Virus record (IMG/VR): IMGVR_UViG_3300001533_003144
Location: 1-64,000 of that record
Reading direction: 5' to 3' (one strand)
DNA from: a virus
Length of the DNA: 64,000 bases
Part shown: positions 58,581-64,000 of the stretch, in pieces
How positions within the stretch are numbered: position 1 is the first letter of the stretch
How the letters are laid out: every line of letters starts with the position of its first letter
Notes under the pieces: model-generated
Seen by the model: only the letters and a program-made list of their open reading frames with translations
The model's database searches: none
Told to the model about the DNA's origin: nothing
Made by a program: the position numbers and the translations under genes

Positions 58581-58771
58581 ATAAAGCAACTATCCGTCCA
58601 AGAATAAAAAATGTAAGTAACCCCTCAGATGATACTATTTATCAGAAGGGTTGGATAGATCTTGTTGATGAAATCCCTGAATATAATCCTGAAACACATT
58701 TTATTCAGGTAAAGAAAATAAGGGTAGAGGGGGGTAAAGCATATAGAGAGTTTGAGGTAGTTTCATTATGA
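58559..58771 (+). CDS. small fibre-assembly-like protein
   Basis: GW..LVDE.PEYNPETH pattern typical of genes beside fibre genes. Confidence 0.5.
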   Translation: MFYHPELNKATIRPRIKNVSNPSDDTIYQKGWIDLVDEIPEYNPETHFIQVKKIRVEGGKAYREFEVVSL

Positions 58772-58923
58772 GAAAACTCTTTTTCTTAATGATTTTATTG
58801 GTTGTTTGTATTGTTGCTTTAGAGGAATGCCGTAAGGGGTGTGGAAGCTCTTACAATCCTCTTTGTTTGGTCAAGTGTTATGATCAATATAATGAATGTA
58901 AGAGAAATGCTTCCGTATTATAG
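58768..58923 (+). CDS. 51-aa Cys-rich protein with signal-like N-terminus (not in ORF track)
   Basis: MRKLFFLMILLVVCIVALEECRKGCGSSYNPLCLVKCYDQYNECKRN; ATGA coupling. Confidence 0.55.
   Translation: MRKLFFLMILLVVCIVALEECRKGCGSSYNPLCLVKCYDQYNECKRNASVL
58912..58922 (+). promoter_or_regulatory. phage promoter motif class A, copy 6
   Basis: TCCGTATTATA about 40 bp before lipoprotein gene. Confidence 0.65.
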
Positions 58924-58960
58924 TGGTGTCCTTTGTTAATTTATTTTTTGTGAGGTTATT

Positions 58961-59281
58961 ATGCGAAATTTAGTTTTGGTTATTTTACTTGTTACTATGT
59001 TTATTGTTGCCGGTTGTCCTACTTCTCGGATTATCCGGGGAAGTTTCCGGGATGGTAGTGGTAATTTGTACAGTTACCTTCTTGAAGATGATCCAAAGGA
59101 GAAGGTGGCTGAGGTTTCTGTTGCTTACAAAGGTAAGGAGTACCGTTGTCAGGTTAAGTACACTACAGACGATCCTAACCTGCTTGAGGTTGATGTCGAT
59201 GTCAGTCAGGCGGATATTACCGGATCGGTTAAAGTTACTTATAAGAAGGTTTCGGTGCATTGTTCTCTTTTAGAAGTTTAG
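58961..59281 (+). CDS. lipoprotein
   Basis: MRNLVLVILLVTMFIVAG-C lipobox. Confidence 0.75.
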   Translation: MRNLVLVILLVTMFIVAGCPTSRIIRGSFRDGSGNLYSYLLEDDPKEKVAEVSVAYKGKEYRCQVKYTTDDPNLLEVDVDVSQADITGSVKVTYKKVSVHCSLLEV

Positions 59282-59291
59282 GGAGGTTACT

Positions 59292-59513
59292 ATGCCTGTT
59301 GAGATGATTCCTGTGGAAAGTTCTAACCTTTCTGCAATCGGGTACGATTCTGATACTTCTACTTTGTATGTAAACTTTCTTAATGGTAGCCAGTATGCTT
59401 ACAAGGAGGTTCCGGAAGAGGTCTTTGAAGAGTTTAAAGAGTCTGATTCTAAGGGTCAGTTTCTTCATCGTAGAATTAAGTTGGGTGGGTTTGAGTACGA
59501 AAGGGCTATTTAG
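59292..59513 (+). CDS. KTSC domain protein
   Basis: VESSNLSAIGYD...LYVNF..G..Y.Y..VP......SKGQF. Confidence 0.92.
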   Translation: MPVEMIPVESSNLSAIGYDSDTSTLYVNFLNGSQYAYKEVPEEVFEEFKESDSKGQFLHRRIKLGGFEYERAI

Positions 59514-59516
59514 CTT

Positions 59517-60266
59517 TTGGGGTTTGGTATGCGTAATTTTCTGTTAGTTCTCTTGGTTATGGTTTTATTGCTTGCTCTTGGTGTTTTTGGCGCTTTTTAT
59601 GGGGTTGACTTTAGTTTTATTTTTAATGACATTTCAAACTTTCTTACGGTAGCGGTGCTTCCTGGTTTTATTGCTTGGTCCTCAAAGAATCTTTCTGGAC
59701 ATCTAAAACAGGTAGATTTTAGGATATCTGAGACTACTCGTGAAACTACCGAGAAATATAATAAAGTTGAATCCGGGATAATGTCCTTACAGAAGGATAT
59801 AGGGCACATAAGAACACAAGTGAAGCGAATGGTTAAACTAAAAGATACTAAAGCTTTTTACCGCAGAGAGTTACTTAATACACAAAACTTGTGCTTAGAA
59901 TTTATGAGGTACAACGAAAACCTGTTCAAGTTTGCTTCATTAAAAGGAGACTCTTTCAGGTCTTTTGTGTTGGATGTCCACGATATGGATATTACTGCTG
60001 ATTGTGTAGAGGCCGTTATCCGTTTAGGAATAACGGTATCTGAGGAGATGAGGCAAAAGGGTTGTGCTTTGCTTGGTCAGCCTTTTATGAATGCTTTTTA
60101 TGAGGAGCATTCTGTAGAAGTAGAAAAGTTTCTTAAAGACATTTGCCGGATATTTACCGATCCCGATAATTCTAAACATGAAAGGTTACAAGAACATAGT
60201 GTTCGGTTTTTACGGCAGTTTCTTTCGGCCTTAAATAAGTCTTTTATGGGCTTTCAAAAAAATTAA
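59517..60266 (+). CDS. two-TM membrane protein with coiled coil (holin-like?)
   Basis: Two N-terminal hydrophobic segments, soluble C-terminal domain. Confidence 0.55.
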   Translation: MGFGMRNFLLVLLVMVLLLALGVFGAFYGVDFSFIFNDISNFLTVAVLPGFIAWSSKNLSGHLKQVDFRISETTRETTEKYNKVESGIMSLQKDIGHIRTQVKRMVKLKDTKAFYRRELLNTQNLCLEFMRYNENLFKFASLKGDSFRSFVLDVHDMDITADCVEAVIRLGITVSEEMRQKGCALLGQPFMNAFYEEHSVEVEKFLKDICRIFTDPDNSKHERLQEHSVRFLRQFLSALNKSFMGFQKN

Positions 60267-60313
60267 ATAAATTCAGTTTCTTATAAAAAAGTTAAGGAAA
60301 TTGAAAATTTCTC

Positions 60314-60342
60314 TTGACATAGGGTTTATAGTCCTTTATCTT
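60314..60342 (+). promoter_or_regulatory. host sigma70-type (early) promoter
   Basis: TTGACA-17 bp-TATCTT with A/T-rich UP-like region upstream. Confidence 0.75.
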
Positions 60343-60371
60343 TTAGAGAGTCTATGTTGAATGGGTGTTAA

Positions 60372-60881
60372 ATGAAGCTCTCCAGGGAAGTTAAAAAACA
60401 GATTACAATCCCTCAATACTACAGGTACAAAGGATTACCTTTTCCGGAAAAGGTCGAGAAAGAAGGAGGCTTGTTTTCGTGTCAGATACACGGACCCGAT
60501 CTTAACCCTTCTGCTTTTTACAATCGAAGAGAAGGTACGATGTATTGTTTTGCTTGTGGTTTTTCTGGGGATGTCTTAGCTGTAATTAAAGAACTTGAAG
60601 GGCTTACTTCTTTCCGGGAGGTTTTATCGTTTATCTACATTACTTTTAGGATAGATCCCTCTGAAACTATTATTGAGGAGGATGGAGAAGCTGATTACAA
60701 GGACAAGTTCAGGCAGAGTATTATTGCTGAATTCGAGCCTTTTCTGTGGGAATATATTGATTTAACTCAAGACTTTTCTGTCTTGGAAGATGTGTCTGAT
60801 CTATACTCTATTGAAGATAATACTAAATTTTATAAAGCTATATCACAATTTAAGGAGAAACTAAATGCAAACCGGATTTGA
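60372..60881 (+). CDS. stand-alone CHC2 (DnaG-type) zinc-finger protein
   Basis: CQIH....PS......YCFACG.SGDV; no TOPRIM domain. Confidence 0.85.
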   Translation: MKLSREVKKQITIPQYYRYKGLPFPEKVEKEGGLFSCQIHGPDLNPSAFYNRREGTMYCFACGFSGDVLAVIKELEGLTSFREVLSFIYITFRIDPSETIIEEDGEADYKDKFRQSIIAEFEPFLWEYIDLTQDFSVLEDVSDLYSIEDNTKFYKAISQFKEKLNANRI

Positions 60882-61338
60882 TTATGTCTTAAAAGAACAT
60901 CAGCTTACTCTAATCGCAATTGCTAGGCAATATGAGTGGTTGACTTTTTCGTGGGAAGATCTCTATCACGATTTAGTTTTGTATGTGGTAGAGCGGTTAG
61001 ATACCTACAAAGGCAAGATGCTCAATATGAACAGTCTTGTTACTTTGCTTGCTCGAAGGTGCGTGAATGATAAGGTTAAAACCTTTTACAACCGGAAAGA
61101 AAAGATTGCTTATGTGCCTTTCATAGATGATATTTTTAAGGTGTATGCTTTTGAAGATGTTCGTCTTTTAGATATGGATATGCAGCAGATAGATAAAGTT
61201 ATTAAAAGCTTCTTATTAGATTGTGCTTCTATAGGAAAAGCTAAGGCGAGGAAGGTACATTGTCTTACTTCTTTTGAGGCGGACTTCTATCTTGAACAGG
61301 CAAGAGAGTTGTTAAAAGATTATGAGGGTATGGTATGA
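60865..61338 (+). CDS. phage sigma-70/ECF-like factor
   Basis: IARQY....WEDLYHDLVL...LDTY...LARRCVNDK (region 2). Confidence 0.65.
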   Translation: MQTGFDYVLKEHQLTLIAIARQYEWLTFSWEDLYHDLVLYVVERLDTYKGKMLNMNSLVTLLARRCVNDKVKTFYNRKEKIAYVPFIDDIFKVYAFEDVRLLDMDMQQIDKVIKSFLLDCASIGKAKARKVHCLTSFEADFYLEQARELLKDYEGMV

Positions 61339-61898
61339 CTACTTGTAAAAAATGTAAAGGAAAGGGGTTTATTTTAAACTCGGATAACAGTACATCTTTG
61401 TGTGTATGTCAAAAAACCTTACAATTTAAAAAGGACTTGGAAGATCGTGGCTTCCGGTTAGGTATGATTAAGCCTTGGGATGTTTTAAATTCTCCTGCTG
61501 TTCATAAAATAAAATCTTTGTCTTATAAGGATATTTTTCTTATAGGTAAATCAGGTGAAACTGTTTTTTATTCTTATATGACACATCTTCTTTCAAAGGA
61601 AACCCGTACACGAATCTTTTCCAGTTCGGAACTGACTGAGATATTTCTAAGCAAGGGCTCTGAATACCAGTCTAAACTGTCTTACCTTAGTTTAGGAATA
61701 GTGTTAGGGTTTGATCTGACCAACAGTATTCAGGGAAAAGTTATGGCGGATTTTTTATTCTTCCGGAAATCAAATAAGAACTGGCAGACAGTCTTTTGGT
61801 TGCCTTACAATTCTATGAGGAGGCTGGAAACCGAGTATGGTGATGTTTTTTCGGAATATATTAAAGAAGGTGATTTAAATTTGGTTGAGGTTAAATAA
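61335..61898 (+). CDS. DnaC/DnaI-like helicase loader, degenerate ATPase
   Basis: CKKCKGKG..CVC Zn motif; eroded Walker A (FLIGKSGET); precedes DnaB. Confidence 0.6.
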   Translation: MTTCKKCKGKGFILNSDNSTSLCVCQKTLQFKKDLEDRGFRLGMIKPWDVLNSPAVHKIKSLSYKDIFLIGKSGETVFYSYMTHLLSKETRTRIFSSSELTEIFLSKGSEYQSKLSYLSLGIVLGFDLTNSIQGKVMADFLFFRKSNKNWQTVFWLPYNSMRRLETEYGDVFSEYIKEGDLNLVEVK

Positions 61899-63364
61899 TG
61901 TCTATTAAACAAGAAAAGGAAACCTTAGAAATACAATTAAAAGATCTGTTGGCTGTAGGGTTCCAATCGAGGTCTTTGGACTATTTACAGCAGTTACTAC
62001 TTATCCGGGAAGATTTTTATGTGAATGCTTATTGGTACACTCTGGTTAATGTTTGTGCCGATGCTATGATCGAGTATCGTACTGAGGAAATGTCCGAAGA
62101 ATTTTTGCTCCGTTTTATTGAAAAGAAGAAACTTTTAGCAGGTCCTCTTTTGGCTTATAAAGATTTTATGGCTATGGAAGTTGAGGCTTTGAGCCTTAAC
62201 AGGTTCAGGCTTGAGGTAGATATTTATATTGAAAATATGTCCAAATATCTGTTTAAAAAGTCTATCTACAACTCACTCAAGAACTGGGACGATAATACCT
62301 ATCCCAGTATAAAATCTAAGATGTTTAAGGATGTGGGTGTTATTGATACTTACAGAGGTACGGGCAGTTTGCCTGAAGGTAACATTAATCAGGATATGGC
62401 TGATGTTCTAATTAACATTGAGGCAGGTAAAGCTCTTACTGATCGTGGGGTACTTACCGGGTTTTCTCACATAGACTCTACAACAGGGGGGTTTATTCCG
62501 GGAGATCTTGTTTTTATTCTTGCTTATACTTCTCAAGGTAAATCTACGATGTTACTTAATACAGGTTACAGTTGTATGCTTAATGGGGGTAACTGTGTTT
62601 ATTTTGTGAATGAGTTACAATACCGTCAGGTCAAGGTCAAGTTTCTTGCTAGGCATACAGCAAACTCGGTGTTCTGGGACGGGCAGCTTAACGGTGTGGC
62701 AACAAAATCACTTGAGCAAGGTACTTTATCCAAGACCGAACTTAAAGTCGTTAAACAGGCAGCGAGGGATATAAGGACAAATAAAAAATATGGTAGAATT
62801 TATGTTGTTCAGTTACCTTCCGGATCATCACTAAACTATATTGAGGCTAAATTGACTTCATTACAGGCCACCTTTCCGGTGGATCTGGTTATTATAGATG
62901 ATTTACGGCTTTGTACTGGTGATCTTAAAGGGGATGATAAGGCGGTATTGAGTAAGGTAGTGGTTGCAGCAAAGAAACTGGCTGTAAACTTTAATCAGGG
63001 TAAAGGTGTTCCAATTTTATCTCCTTGGCAGACAAAACAGGTTTCTTTTGAGGAAGCAAAGAATAAGGGTAGATACCCGATAAATATTGCTTCGGACACT
63101 AATGAAGTTGAGAAACAGGGAGATGTTTTGATATGGTTACTGCAGACAGAGGATCTTAAACGGAAACACCAGATCCTTTCTGGTATTACAAAAAACCGTA
63201 TGGGTTCAACTATAGAATCTTTTGTTCTTATGGAAGAATGGTCTTATAGCTATATGTCTGAGCTTTCCGGGGTAGCTGTTGAAGTTGGTGGTAATACTTC
63301 TCCTGAGATTGAGTCTCCGGAAGAGTTTAAGTTTTTGTTAGATGAGGCTTTAAATATTGATTGA
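61898..63364 (+). CDS. dnaB: replicative DNA helicase
   Basis: TGFSHID..GGF.PG, AYTSQGKST, VIIDD, EKQGD, KNRMG. Confidence 0.92.
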   Translation: MSIKQEKETLEIQLKDLLAVGFQSRSLDYLQQLLLIREDFYVNAYWYTLVNVCADAMIEYRTEEMSEEFLLRFIEKKKLLAGPLLAYKDFMAMEVEALSLNRFRLEVDIYIENMSKYLFKKSIYNSLKNWDDNTYPSIKSKMFKDVGVIDTYRGTGSLPEGNINQDMADVLINIEAGKALTDRGVLTGFSHIDSTTGGFIPGDLVFILAYTSQGKSTMLLNTGYSCMLNGGNCVYFVNELQYRQVKVKFLARHTANSVFWDGQLNGVATKSLEQGTLSKTELKVVKQAARDIRTNKKYGRIYVVQLPSGSSLNYIEAKLTSLQATFPVDLVIIDDLRLCTGDLKGDDKAVLSKVVVAAKKLAVNFNQGKGVPILSPWQTKQVSFEEAKNKGRYPINIASDTNEVEKQGDVLIWLLQTEDLKRKHQILSGITKNRMGSTIESFVLMEEWSYSYMSELSGVAVEVGGNTSPEIESPEEFKFLLDEALNID

Positions 63365-63567
63365 GGTGTTTTATGAAAAAACTAGACAAGTATCTTTTAA
63401 AACTGGCTAAGGAGATCGGTGTTAATGTTGTTGTTAGGTCTGCTAAGTATCCTGATAAACCTATCTTTAGATTAGAGGTAAGTTCCGATCTTTTAACTCA
63501 GTATAATAGGCAGTGTGATGTTTACCGGTTTTGTAAAAAACACGGGATAAAGATTTTGAATGATTGA
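63361..63567 (+). CDS. hypothetical protein (likely start ATG 63373)
   Basis: GAGGTG RBS. Confidence 0.5.
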   Translation: MRCFMKKLDKYLLKLAKEIGVNVVVRSAKYPDKPIFRLEVSSDLLTQYNRQCDVYRFCKKHGIKILND

Positions 63568-63655
63568 GATAAGCCTATGATTAGATTTGAAAGCCTTGTG
63601 GTAAAGGAGTTTCCCGTAAAGGGGTTTACGCTTGATATAAAATATGGGGTATTAA

Positions 63656-63835
63656 ATGAAAAAAGCTTTAATGACACTGACTATGATAGATGCCTACAAT
63701 CAGATACACGATATGTTTGATACAGGTAAAGGTTGGAGGAAACCTCCTGTAGCTAACAAACCTAAGCAGGGTAAGAAAAGACCTGCTGGGAAAGGTAAAA
63801 AGGCAAAAAAATTTGGTAAAAAGAAGAAGAGGTAA
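63656..63835 (+). CDS. 59-aa protein with Lys-rich tail (not in ORF track)
   Basis: MKKALMTL...KPKQGKKRPAGKGKKAKKFGKKKKR*. Confidence 0.5.
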   Translation: MKKALMTLTMIDAYNQIHDMFDTGKGWRKPPVANKPKQGKKRPAGKGKKAKKFGKKKKR

Positions 63836-64000
63836 GTTAAATGCCTTGTAAAAACTGTATGAACATGGGCTGTCCTTTCAGGTGGGTTAGAATCACCATT
63901 AATGGGGTTCTTAGAGATCCTCAGTTTATAGTGGTAAGGCACGAAATGGCTGGTAGGTTTTTGTTTGGTTGTAAGAAATATCTACCTGATGAAGATTTAA

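Noticed and set aside
141-63942. Minus-strand ORFs and short alternate-frame plus-strand ORFs in the track
   Set aside because: They are shadows of longer + strand genes, with no recognisable motifs
1-64000. Stop-codon reassignment; tRNA/rRNA genes; integrase or att site
   Set aside because: Genes tile densely under the standard code with all three stop codons used. Intergenic gaps are short, and I saw no cloverleaf or recombinase motifs

Overview
This 64 kb window is a segment of a large, AT-rich dsDNA tailed phage genome, and essentially all real genes lie on the + strand. Gene order is: (i) a DNA-methyltransferase-rich accessory block (1-15.6 kb), including a captured, nuclease-truncated type II R-M cassette; (ii) a replication/recombination block with an AEP primase, a bacterial-type clamp loader (DnaX/HolA/HolB-like), a beta-clamp-like protein, a family A polymerase split into two genes, a gp32-like SSB, and split SbcC plus SbcD; (iii) a packaging/head block with a terminase split into ATPase and nuclease genes, an endolysin, a 1460-aa polyvalent effector protein, a portal with an intein, protease, scaffold, decoration protein, major capsid protein and adaptor; (iv) an A-rich fibre/receptor-binding island with a 7x75-bp repeat; (v) an early block with a sigma70 promoter, primase Zn finger, sigma factor, DnaC-like protein and DnaB. 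The main non-obvious signals are three promoter classes matching two phage sigma factors, repeated splitting of core enzymes, a PolA with a DnaE-like tail, clamp-binding motifs on methylases, an intein-less LAGLIDADG insert, and V-x-A linkers suggesting protease processing of a capsid-packaged polyprotein. All calls come from reading motifs by eye; no searches were run.
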